Positions 27,702-40,356 of a stretch of DNA of 57,885 nucleotides are shown piece after piece; positions within the stretch are counted from its first letter, which is position 1; every line of letters starts with the position of its first letter. A program made the translations under genes and the position numbers. Source of the stretch: Paramecium tetraurelia (taxonomy: Eukaryota); contig CT868660.1 of the NCBI GenBank assembly GCA_000165425.1, forward strand, positions 682,001 to 739,885, read 5' to 3'. A model generated the notes under the pieces. That model made no database searches, was not told where the DNA came from, and worked only from the letters and a program-made list of their open reading frames with translations.

Positions 27702-29440
27702 ATGCAAACAAATTAATACTATTTGACTTATAGAATAAAATAATTATTACTAAAGCATTCTATGGATAATCATTAATCTTATAAATAAAAAGAATAGAAT
27801 TTTAAAGATACAAGCCTAAAATTTACTATGTGAATAAATAACTTTGAAATAAAGTGCAATTATAATCAAGAATCTTAGATTCTTTAGAATAATACAATAT
27901 ATATACTCCAAGTATTTTCTATTTAAGTGGTAACCTGAGATTTAATGGAGGCTAGTTGAACAAATTAAAATCATAAAGTTTGAGATAGGTTATCAATATT
28001 TAATAAAGAGAGACTATTTTTAAATTAATAAATGTATTAATTGATTTTTTTCAATAATTATCTTAATTTGAAATGTTGAGCTTGAAATTGAATCCTTGAT
28101 TCATTCCATAAAAAGATATTTCATAGCTGATAGCATCTATCAATTTGAGAATGTATCTTTAAAGAGATTTGATGAGAATTCTTAAATTGAATTAAATTTA
28201 ATTGCATAAAAAATTACGGATTTAAGAAAATGATATTTATAGTTTAGCTAACATCATACGACAAAATGATAACCAAAAAGTAAAACATAGAAATAAATAA
28301 AATCAATTTAGTTTAAAACCAATATAAATTAAACCAAAGAAAATTGAAAAAAACTCTATATTTTGAAAATCTAAATGAATGAGCTATTGGGATAGAAAAG
28401 AATTTTTAAAACTATCAAATTACATTTGAGTATTTCTTATTGGAGTAGAATAATTCTAGAAATTGTTCAATAGATAATAATAGCAATAAATCATTTTAAA
28501 CAGAATAATCATCAATATAATCAGGTTGCCTAGAGTAATTCTGGTGTTTATTTTAAGAAATTTATTATGCCAAAAAGTAATAATACAAATACTATCTCTA
28601 ATAACTCTAATTATAAAGTAATTACAAATATAAATTTTGGTTATTGTAAAAATAGAGAAAATTTTATTCCTAAGTTTTTCATTCCATATAATTCGGATTG
28701 GTTTCGTGAGAGAATAATGAAATTTAAGGTCTAATAACTTATTAAAGCAGAAAAAAAATACTCGATATATTTCTATGAGAGGGAAACAGCAGATAGACTT
28801 AAACTTGAATGTGATTTCTATTTTATAAACTGTACATCTCCTTTCACTCATAATAATATCTAATATCAATCTCCCAATTATTTTTTAATAATCTCTACTT
28901 AGGTAGACTAACTTAAATCCTAACTTAATTAAGATCAGTCTAAATCTTCTATAATTAATTCAAATCTTACATAAAATATTACTTCTGCTTGAAAAATATA
29001 TACTATTAATACATATTCTATTTCATTTTCTATACCACCTTATAGTATAAAGTGTAACCCTTTTTATTAAATGCAAAATCATTCAGTTCTCTAATTTATA
29101 TTATGCGAATTTATCTCATTATTAGATTTCCTGTAAATATTATAACTTTCAACATATTCATCGAAGTAAGGTTGTTATTTTTGTATAGCCCATTCCATTA
29201 TTATCTTTCCAAAAGTTTCCTGGTGAATCTGAATATTTCTATTTTTTTTTTGAGTAGTTTTTATTACATTTACTCAAGCTTCTAATAGTGCTACGTTTTG
29301 TTCACTAGAGACTTAATCTCTGAGCAATAGTATTTCAGGTCCAATATTTAGTGACATTCCACGTTTACATTTTCTAAATATGAGAATTGAACGAGTTGTT
29401 AAATATCGAGAAATATTTCATTTTGAACATTGCCATTAAC
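27702..29440. pseudogene. Unresolved degenerate coding-like region
   Basis: Partial open frames on both strands (e.g. + 28456-28992, - about 29090-29430) are interrupted by TGA. No coherent gene model found. Confidence 0.3.
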
Positions 29441-29549
29441 TAATTAAGTGATGTTAGAATTTAATGAAACTAATCGGAATAATCATAACATCATAAAGGA
29501 TTAAGGACGATATTCGTATTATATTATGATTATATAAATTAAACTAAAA

Positions 29550-31361
29550 ATGTTTTATTTGAGTTTACTCTTTCTGATGAGCTTATGTTCTGAAGATTTA
29601 AAGATTTTAGAAACTAAGGAATCTTCAGAAACCTTTACAATTCACTAAGGAGAACCAAATATCATTTACTGGATGCCAGAAGCTGATAATGCCATATTAA
29701 TGCCATTGTAAGACAAGAGCTTTTGTTAAGTGAAACAATAAACAGTTTAAACTGAAACTTAGCAATTTACAATTATATAATCAGATGATTTTAAAGAGTA
29801 ACAATATGAGAATACAATTTGTTTAGTTATGAATTTGAGATTGATACTCCATTAAATTTTCGAGAATTTATTGGGATGGTCCACATTAATGATGGAATGT
29901 TGGCAATAACTTCAGATGCAATAGCATATTTAATAAAATTCAACTATGATAATGTTATATCAAGTTAAGGATTTACAAGTTATGGAAATTCTAAGGATTT
30001 TGCAGGTGTAATTTGGAAGGCCAATCTTCAACCAGTACTAACATCGATAGAGTCAAGAGATGAGTTACCACAATTGGTCTATTCAAAAAAAAATAATTTA
30101 GCCTTTGTATTATATTCGGATAGTGCATAATTCTTTAGTGTGTCAGAAATGGAGAAAAATGAGAAAACTATGCATGTTAATTAGATTTCTAATTGGATTC
30201 AAAGAGAGGAGAGAGGACTGACCAAAGAAATAGATGGTTATGTATTTTCGGCTGTTGGCAAAGCAGGAATGGATATCTATGAAATAAAGGAGAGCGACGT
30301 AACTTTTAGGTATACAGTAACATAAAAAGATTTGAAATTGTAGAGGGCTCAGTTAGAATTAAAGGATTTTGCAGTTTTCAAAGTAAAAGATGGATAATAT
30401 TAACTATATTTGCTTGACGCTAAAAAAGGTTTAATTTTAGCTTATATGTATATCAATTCATCGGAATTTAAATTTGAACTAGTAATGAGTTTAGAAGAGT
30501 AAAGAGGTGGAATAGCTGTGGATACAAAGAATGGTCAGAATATATTTGCAGCTTTTGAATAGAATGGAATCTACTTTTATATTGAATACCTTGTAAATTT
30601 TAGTTAGAAAATATTTTCAATTATTACAAAATAAGTGAGCAATTATAGAATAGTTGATGTTGATGCTACAGATGAATTTGCTATTATAAGCGGTGTTAAT
30701 CATCATTAGATTGTGTTTAATAATGGTTATGACTTTTTAGCCCCAAATAAAGAAAAGATATTATTTACCTAAATAGGGATGAGAGATTTTCAATTTTTTT
30801 AGTACACTTACGAAGAAGATCAATTAAAGGAGGCTGTTAGAGATGAATATTAATATGATGACTTCTTTTTTGGAGTAACTGCAACTAATGCTTTTTTGAC
30901 CAAATTTAGATTTGTTCCTGCAAGAGTAGTTTGTTTTGCAGATCAAAGTAATTATAATATTAACATTAGATGTGGAGGAATGGTCGAAATAATATTATAC
31001 TTTATAATTCAATAAATCACAAGTCGTAAATAATAGTATTTCCGCAAATTAATTGATTCGAACAACAAAAAATTTCGCAGTGTAAGTCGTAACAACTTAT
31101 TTATTTGCTTAATAATGGAAACTAATTAGAATCTTGCTCATAACATTAGGGGGAATCATATTAATTTCTGGTATTAATTAAATTTATGTTTATAGTTGGA
31201 ATAGTTTTATTCTAATTTAGAAAGTATAGAATTCAAGAGGCATAATTAGATACTGAACTTAGTTAACACCAATAAAAATCTGTTGATGAAAGTGGAACAA
31301 AACTTAATGACTCCTCAGTCATTATCAAGGTTCAAAAAGTGGAGTGAGATCAATCATTTGA
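29550..31361 (+). CDS. Type-I membrane protein with signal peptide and beta-rich (propeller-like) ectodomain
   Basis: MFYLSLLFLMSLCSED signal-like start; beta-strand motifs GYVFSAVGKAGMDIY, LYLLDAKKGL, IVDVDATDEFAII; C-terminal TM ILLITLGGIILIS. TGA 31359-31361. Confidence 0.75.
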
Positions 31362-32040
31362 TATTTATTTTAATAATTGAATTAGTATAATTATTTGTTT
31401 ACATAATTTATTTTCTCTATTTATCAATAATAAAGTAAAGTTATGTTTTTGTTTATTTAAGCGAATCTATTGCAAGTGTTCTTTGAGGTTTTGTCTATTC
31501 TTAACCAATTCACTTTCAAAGTCTGCTAAGAAAAGAGACAAAAATTCAGATAGTTTAAATATAATATACCTTTTGATCTTGAATTGATCAACAATCAATA
31601 AATCACAAAGAGTTATTGTTGGCATTTAGATTAATTAGCATATTTCAAAAATTCATTATTTAAAAAGAGAGCAGTTAAGTAATCAATAAGTATTCAATTA
31701 TAAACAATTAATAGAATTATTTATATTGTTTTTTGAATTTTTATGATATTTTTACTTGATTTTCGTTGGTAACACTATTTTAATTGTTCAATTATATTAA
31801 CTAAGACCTCCTCCCTTATATTAATAAAGAATAGGTTTAGAAAATTAGTTTATAAATTAGCGCATACTTTTGAAGAAATAAAAGCAAAGAATTTATACAA
31901 GTTATTATAAGCAACACAACAAATAAAAGTGGCAAATTGCCAAAGCAGATAACAGTGATATTACTTTTAATTTTTAATGACATTTTGGAAGGAAATAAAT
32001 TTGAATAAAAATTATTATCAATTTTAAATATATAAAAGGA

Positions 32041-33303
32041 ATGAAAAGGATGTAAAGCAAAGAAGACATAATTAAGGATTAATACATGAAAACTCTAACT
32101 TGCTTCTTACAAGATAGCACTCTTTACGATTGCTTATCTATTAATAATTAAGTGACTGTGATTGATTAGTCATTCTCTCTCTATGATGTTTTTAATGTGT
32201 TTATCGATACACATATTGATGAAGTATTGTTTTGGAATCCAGATGTAGCTTATTATGATGGAGTATTTACTTAAACTGATTTGATTCGAATAATCCTTAA
32301 ATGCTATCAAAATATTCTAAATGGTGTTCCCAATGGTATTCTCTAATACATATTTTAGTCAGTGTGGGGAAATAGCAAAATATAGGTTTAGCCAATTATG
32401 GAAGAAGAGGATGAAGATCGTGCTACTCCTGTGCATAAAAATTAATTAATAGGATAGGAGCAGATAAACAAATTGCTGATTGATTTGCAAACAATTTCAG
32501 TAAGAGACTGGTTCAATTCTTACGGAGAAAGCCTTCATCAAAGTAGTTTGGTTTAGGCAGATATGGCTGATAATCTTAATGATGCGATGAAGAAGATTTT
32601 AAAGTAGGGTGTAACAAGAATTGTAGTTATTGATACTGAATCTAGAATTATTGTGGGCATTCTATAATAAAAGGATATTTTAGCATTTCTAGTAAAAGGA
32701 TTTAGTTAATATTTCCATTTATAATTATCATAAAAATCACATCGAATTGAAGTTCATCATGAAAACAATCCTCAATCAGAATAGCATGAACTAGAAATCA
32801 ACTACTTTAGTGATAGGATTTTACAATTAAATGATAAACTTCCTTTCGACACTAATGTTTATGAGTAACTATATCTTGATATTTAGTGTTTTCTATAAAT
32901 TGATTTATGTATTTAAGCGAAATGCTATTCCTATTGTTGATAACAACAACAAGTACTTAGGATTGATAGACCGAAGAGACTTTTTATTTATTCTCAAATA
33001 CTAAGTATTCGATATGGTATTACTTAATAATATGAATAGTTGAATAGACCTGCATTAGATTTGTTAAACTTTATTAAAATTGAGAAAAAAAAATTTGCCG
33101 GGTTTTGTATTTGCAATAAAGAACTGTTCCAAATGAAATAAACATTAAAAGAAGTATTAGCTAACTCTAATTAGGTTGTTGAAAATCTACTGCTCTCTTC
33201 TAGGGGTAGTTTAGTTTGCTTGAATGAAAATTAAGAGCCAATCGCTACGTTATAAATGTCTGATCTCTTTAAAATTTGTTTAGATGATGTTGAATTAGAA
33301 TGA
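32041..33303 (+). CDS. CBS-domain protein, AMPK/SNF4 gamma-subunit-like
   Basis: YMKTLTCFLQDSTLYDCLSINNQVTVIDQSFSLYDVF..LFWNPD..DGVFTQTDLIRI; VTRIVVID..IVGILQQKDILAFL; NAIPIVDNNNKYLGLIDRRD. Four tiny introns, TGA 33301-33303. Confidence 0.85.
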
Positions 33304-33342
33304 ATTTATTTTTATCATAAAAATGTGTATGTATATATTTAA

Positions 33343-34248
33343 ATGAATAATTATAGATTTTCCTAAGCAGCTGCAATTTCTGTATACAACACTATTACTA
33401 AAGAATAAGCTTAAATCAAAATCACTTAGGATTTTAAGCAATTCTTGAACAGCTTGAATGAAAAATTTCAATTACCTTAGAAGTTTACAATGTGCTATTG
33501 CTATGAAGTCAAAGATAGAGTGATCTATCTGGCTTGTCCAATTGACTATTATTTATTCTTAGATAGGTTATAACCACTTAAAAATGAGTAACTATTTTAT
33601 TCATATATTAGGAATTTTCCTTTGCTTTAAATCATCTAATTAGAGCAAGATGAATTTGTATCTTAGGAGATGATAAAGGAAGCCGAGGAATGGCAGGAAA
33701 AACTATCAGAAAGTTATTCCTAGATAAATTCTGATAATTAAGATATATAACAGTTAGATGAACTATTTTTACATGTATCAATATCTTAAATCCATTAAAA
33801 TGATGAAATTGATTATCATAAATGCTAATATTGTTATGAGAAATTAGAGAGGAATAACTACTTTCGATGCACTGTTTGCTACTACTTCTAGATCTGCGAG
33901 AAATGCAATTCATCAAAGAGAGAAAAAGAGCATAGTAATGCTCATATTTTTATTTAATGCAATAATGTAATAGATTGGAATAAGCTTAAATAAGATTCAT
34001 AAATTAAAATGATGAAGCAAAAGGGAAATCTTACGAAGAAATTTAGGATACATAAACTGAATATTCATGAATAAATTGCTTGTGATGGTTGTGATTGTTT
34101 CCCAATTTAAGGTTATCGATATTATTGCTGTGAATGCTCAGATTTTGATTTGTGTTAAACTTGCATCAAAAAGTTCCACCATGATCAAACTCACAATTTT
34201 ATTTAGTTAACAACAAACATTGAGTTTTTGTAATTTACACATGATTGA
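33343..34248 (+). CDS. Protein with PB1-like N-terminus and two ZZ-type zinc fingers
   Basis: ZZ2: HEQIACDGCDCFPIQGYRYYCCECSDFDLCQTC..H..H. Divergent ZZ1: KCQYCYE..YFRCTVCYYFQICEKC..HSNAH. Intron about 33588-33611, TGA 34246-34248. Confidence 0.8.
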
Positions 34249-34796
34249 TTTAATTATATAAATTAAAAATTTAATTTATTGCAAGGCTTCGAAGCAGCAC
34301 TTTTAATTTAAACAATTAGAAATTAATCCATTCATCCTTACAGTTTATTGTGAGGAAAATTAAGTGTAGAAAACTGTATTGATTTGATGGCTCCAAATAG
34401 TGTTATTGCTCCTTGAAGACTTATGATATTTTTAATGTTTTGAAAACTTACCTAAAAACTATTAAGAAAGTACACCGTCATCAAAGTTCTACTCCCATTT
34501 TTTTAGTTATGTTAATGTAATTTAAGAACTTTAAGAATACTAAAATAGATTGAGTTTATGAAATATGTAAATCAACTCATTGTTCTGATGGATTAAAATT
34601 GGGCTCACTTTTAAAACCTTCATTTAAATTCAACCTTTATTTCATTAGAGTAAATGTTATTTAATTGCTAATGACAGAAGTCCACTAATAAAAGGTGTAT
34701 TGGGTATTAGAGAAATATAAATTGCAGAGCATTTTATTGATTACTTATAACCATAATTTATTGAATTATTATTATTGTACTAAATAATCACGATAA

Positions 34797-35477
34797 TCAT
34801 GATCTATATAGATTTGGTCTTTTGGCTTTGAACACAGTTCTGAATTTCTTATGACTAGCTCTAGGAACTGTCTTAACAATAGGAAATCTAATTGAATCTC
34901 CCTAATTAAATTTGTGACTAAATTTACTCTATATTAATTAGTTTTTCCTCTCTTAATATCGGCACTCTTTGTTAAAACTGAAGTTCTGAGAATGTGAATT
35001 GTTTATGGTTAAGCTCTGTGATTTCCGGCCATTTCCTAATCTAAGAATGTCTCATATTGTAGATACATAATTATGAGACAGCACCATTCAATGTAGTATC
35101 TCTAAATTCTTTATACATATTGTGGATGGTTGTTCTGGATTAATATTTAAGAACTATTCCGTAAGTTTTGACATTTGTGTCTCTTCTCTCAAATAATTCT
35201 TGAACTGCTAAAATCTAACCATGAGAAGGTCTTAGTTTATTTAATCTTCTTAAATTCCACCTAAAATATGCATTATTTAAATACCAGAATCTGCTTTTAG
35301 CAGCAACTGTATTTCTTGCAAAAATTCTCATGCTTATAACTTTTGGATTTGGATCTTCTTTTGATGGGAGTCTTCTGCCTGAGACTAAGTATTGTCTAAT
35401 CTAAAGATTATTTTCTTCTAATGTACTTTCATTTATAAGGAATTATCCTATGGGTCCTATGCAGAGTTTTTAACCAT
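34797..35477 (-). CDS. RPL18A: 60S ribosomal protein L18a (eL20)
   Basis: [96 protein letters not shown]. Four tiny introns. Confidence 0.95.
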
Positions 35478-35754
35478 TTTTATTTTAAAAAAGATTTAAT
35501 TTATATTGCAATTATTTATTACAAACAATAGATTCCCATTTTATCAAATGGGTGAAGATTATCCCTAATAAGTACTGTTTTTCTTCTCCACATCATATTT
35601 TTTTTCTTATTGCATACCAAATCAACTATAAGTGTTAAAATAGAATAATTCCTTGCGCTTTCTAAAATTTATCATACAAGCAACAAATTCTGATCCTGAA
35701 ATTTAAACTTATTGAATGTTTTCTTGCAAATTAATTTATAAATAAAAATTAAGA

Positions 35755-36783
35755 ATGGGATAAATCCCTCAAAGTATTTAAAAGGAGCCAAGTAATATTT
35801 AAGCTTTAAAAAATCAATATTAACTGGAATTCATTAATTTTAGGCACACAATTTCAATATTATCTTATAACATTTTAGCTGATATCTATTGTGAACAGTC
35901 ATATTTTAGTTATGCTGATTTTTAAAATTTAAAGTTTCTTAATAGAAGTACTAAAATTATTGATTAATTGAAAAATTTCAACGCTGATATATTATGTTTG
36001 CAAGAGGTGGATAATATCGAATTTTATCAAGATAATATTAAGAATCTGCAATATGACATCTGCTACTGTTAAAGACCTTAAAGATCTGATGGGTGTTTAA
36101 TTGCTTTCAAAATTGAAAAATTCAAAATTCTAATATCTTAAGAGTATTCACTTGATTAGTTGGCTTTAGATTATGGACTTCCTCTTTAATATCTAAGGCA
36201 GAATGTATTTCAAATTGTCAGATTGGAACACTTGTAATTATTTTTCTCATATCATAAGATTAACAAAAAAGCAATTCATAATAGGAAACATTCATACATT
36301 TTGGAATCCAAACCAAGACGACTTAAAATTCTTTTAGATTGTTTAACTTGTTCAATTCATGGAAGCATAAAAAGAATCGGAAGATCAAATACTAATATTT
36401 TGCGGAGACTTTAATAGTTTACCCAAATCGAATCCAATTCAATATATATAAAAAAATAATCCAATTGTTGAAAGAATAGAAATGTCTACAAATTAAATAA
36501 AGCTTCAAAATGATATATTTTAACATTATGGTCCTCCTAAACTAAATTGGGAAAGTGCATATCATCCATTTCCTACGTTTACTAATTATACTAATAATGT
36601 ACATTCACCTAAATATAATAGTTTAAAGGTTGTATTGATTACATCTACTATCATAATGCAAAAGTAGAAAAGATTTTAAGTATTCCAAATTAAAGTTTAT
36701 TATAAAAAGAAGTTGCTTTACCAAACAGTAATTTTCCCAGTGATCATGTACCTATTTTAGCCTATTTTGATTTTCATTGTTGA
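35755..36783 (+). CDS. CCR4/nocturnin/Angel-family EEP nuclease/phosphatase
   Basis: SYNILA, ADILCLQEVD, NIHTFWNP, CGDFNSLP, FTNYT, GCIDYIYY, FPSDHVPI. Two introns, TGA 36781-36783. Confidence 0.92.
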
Positions 36784-37440
36784 TACATATTAAATGATGA
36801 TTCACTTTAGCATACTCAATATGTTGTATAATATATTATTTCAATGCAAGTAGTAGTTTATTAATTTATGCTCGAAGTTGATTTCACATTTTCAGCATCG
36901 TACATGACTTAAAAAGTTCTTATTAATTATTCTCTAATTTATTGATGCAATTTGCAATCATTATTAATTTTCAAATTGAGCTTTCATTATCACTTACTCG
37001 ATTATTTCTGGATAATTATATTCAAATTGAAGATTAACTTAATAATTGAGCCGTTCTCCTTCGATTTCATAGCGTAAATAATTATTTATTATATTTTAAT
37101 TATTTCTTATAATATTATATAATACATTAATCAAAATTAATAGAGTATAAAATTGGTCAAGATAAATAATCAGATAATAAAATAGTTTAATACCATAGCA
37201 TAGTACAATGAATGGATTAACAGCATTTATTATAAAATGCTTAAAAATTGTTTATAAAAATGATTTGAACTTATTTTATTTTGATGATCAAATTAATTCT
37301 AACAGTAAAATCTTCAATTGTTTTCAAAGGGATTTGATAACTCCTTTTCATTTTAAATTTTGCCTGTTTTTTTACACAGTTTATAATACTATTCTTTCGG
37401 ATGCTGATCTTAGACTTATAAATAATTTATTAATCTCATT

Positions 37441-38139
37441 ATGAAAAATTCACAGAGATGCTCGAACTATCAGAACGAAGCTTATAATAAATTGGAAATA
37501 ACATCATCATAAGTGTTAAAAGGGAAAATAATTGAGAAGGATGAATAGGTCAATTATTTAGAAATAAATTTAGATAAATGATTAGTAAAGTTCTTGTGCG
37601 TAATCGTTTAAGATTCAAGAGATTAACCTATAATTACTAATAGATAAATCATAAGAAAAATTATAGCAATAAGAATAATTATAACTGCACTCTCCAACAG
37701 GTCGAAATAGATCAAATTCGTTTGAAGACTTATAATAGAAATTAAATGATTATATTGAGCAATATATTTAAGACATTAAAGAGCCCTCACATTTTTTAGA
37801 CACGTATTCGTTATAAAACTCTGAAATTTGTGATGATGAATTTTCATCACAATCTATCGATTTATGCTAGAGAATATATTAAGTAGAAATATATTAATTT
37901 ATTTTTAGAGAATAATAGCTCAACTAAATCTATCAGTTATATAATCCAATTCAATCGAACAATCGACTACTGTGTCCTCGCCTAAAAATAATGATTCAAT
38001 TTAGATAATGAATTACATGACTACGTCTACTCCTTTAACTCCTGTACAATTGGAAGATGTTCCAAAAAAAAATATTACAAATTCATCAAGTTAAGATTAA
38101 ATAGGATTTAAAAATAGTTGGTATTCTTTGAAGTCTTGA
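37441..38139 (+). CDS. Hypothetical protein (model uncertain)
   Basis: ATG 37441 (MKNSQRCSNYQNEAYNKLEI..), small introns, ends NSWYSLKS* at 38137-38139. One internal frame junction not resolved. Confidence 0.5.
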
Positions 38140-39238
38140 ATTAAATATATAACTCAATGTTTCATTATTTTTGTTTCATCATTAAATCCTATTCTAAATT
38201 GAATACTAAATATCTTGCACTGCAACATGGTAGGGTCTTAATTCGATACTATAGGAATTGGCTTGCAAATTTAATTTAGCAAGAATAATAATTAAATGTT
38301 GTCAGAAACAGTTATTTAATAAACTCCAGCAAAGGAAATTATCAAAAGGATGCAAGGATTAAAAAAAAAAGGAATTTTTACCCTTGAAAATAAATTAATT
38401 TTCATGATGAACATAAACAAAGTTTAGAAGATAGATTAAAAATGTAAAATTATTTAAAAGAGGAACTTATGAAAATTGTGAATTAAAACGAAGATTTCAG
38501 GATATTCTCATTTAATGAAGAAATGTCCAAACACAGAGAAAACGAAGGAATCAAGAATGACAAAATTATAAGTTAAGTAATAATTCACAGAAAAAGAGGT
38601 AAAACATTTTACCTGTTTTATCTGTTGAGAAAACAGAATTATAGGAATCTATTCAATCATTTCTCAATCATATTAGATGGTCTTGGGATATGATATTAGT
38701 TTTTAGCATTTTCCAGAATAAAATATCGGTTTATAATAAAGATTAGGTGGTGGATTTACAAAATAAGAAGTGAAAAATATTTATAAGTATATGTTATCAT
38801 GTGTTTATGTAGTGAGTAAGTAATATTCAATAATACTATTAACGAAATAAATACTTTATATATTATGCAACATATTTGTAATTATCTTGCATTAATCATA
38901 ATTTTTAAGTTTCTCCAATGTACATACTCAATTTTTTTTCCATTAAATTGATGAAAAATTAGAATAGCCTTACTATAACACTTATCAAATCTTAGGACTC
39001 ATTATTAATTAATAATTATTTCTTATTCAAAATAATACTAGAAGACAATAACACTTTACTAGATTAGCTATTATATTTATACGCTTCAAATATATGTGAT
39101 AACAAAAAATTATTTTTTGAGAATATTTTTATTGTAGAGAACCTAAAATATACATCTATCGGTTTGTTAAGAACATATTGATAATTAAATTGTTATTTTT
39201 GAGGTATTTTAATCCGTTTTTATTTATATATTAATTTG

Positions 39239-40356
39239 ATGAAATTCGCAATTTGCTTCTTATTTGGATTGGTAACACTCAATGCAGTCTTTGTCAAAAA
39301 GCCATCTAACCCAAATGCAGGAGTCTTTGCTGAATTGGAAGAGGTAACACATTTGATTAGGCAAATAGATTGAAGAACATGCATTAGGAAGAAAATTGCT
39401 TGACACAATTCTCTTTAAATGAAAAACTAAGCTCCTTTAGCTGATATTGCTAGAATGCTTTAAGAATTGAGGGAAAACTTATTATTGTAATAATAATAAG
39501 CTGAATTGAAACACGCAGCTGATTAAGCTGATTGCGCTGCTGAAATTGCTGATTATAATAGAAGAATTGATAATGCTTCCAATGAAATCAGTGAATCAAC
39601 AACTGAAATCACAGCCTTATCTGCCTAAGTCTAATAATTGGAAAGCGAAATTGAAAACATCCAAGTGCAATTGGGAATCCTTAACGATTAAGAAGAAACC
39701 TTGAGAACACAAAGAGCAAAGGATACTGAAGCATTTGCTAAAAGAATCAAGTCCACTGCTGATGTGGCTGAAGCTTTGAATGTTGTTGCTGCCAAATTAT
39801 CGGCAATTCAACCAGAATAAGACCCAAAGGCTATTTTCTTAGAATTACATAATATGGGTAAGAGTAACCCTATTGCTGCTTTGGTTTCCATTGCTTCAGC
39901 TTTCTTAAAGGAAAGTTTATAATAAACATAAGATAAGATTGCTGAACTCAGATAATCAATTGAACAATCTGCTGTTGATGACTAAGAAGCTGAAGTCTAA
40001 GCTTAAATTGATTATTAAAACTTGTTGGCTTAATTTGCTGATTAAAGAAAGAATTTGTAAGTGAGCATATAATCATTTTAGCTAAAATGCTTTAAAAGAT
40101 AATGAAGCAATGTTAACCTAAACTCAAAATGCTTTGGGAGCATAAAAAAAGAGAAAGGAGGATACTGGTAGAGAATTAGCCACCGCCACTGCTGGAAAGA
40201 CTTAAAAGGAGAACGATTGTGAAGCTCTTAGGACTTAATATGCCAGAGACAGTGAATAGAGAACCAAAGAAATTGGAATTATCAAGATAAGTTGAAGAAA
40301 TATTGGCTACTAAATTAGAAGGAGCTTCAGGGTACTTAAAGAACAGAATTAATTGA
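39239..40356 (+). pseudogene. Trichocyst matrix protein / granule-lattice-like gene with two frameshifts
   Basis: Signal peptide MKFAICFLFGLVTLNAV, then EIEEHALGRKLLDTI/ frameshift near 39411 (TGA 39420-22) /QMKNQAPLADIARMLQEL..SNPIAALVSIAS..RTKEIGII/ frameshift near 40284 (TGA 40292-94) /QVEEILATKL. Two introns. Confidence 0.85.

Noticed and set aside
36800..37075. Small minus-strand ORF (MKSKENGSII..) or box C/D snoRNA near a TGATGA
   Set aside because: Frame breaks early, and no matching D box or terminal stem was seen.
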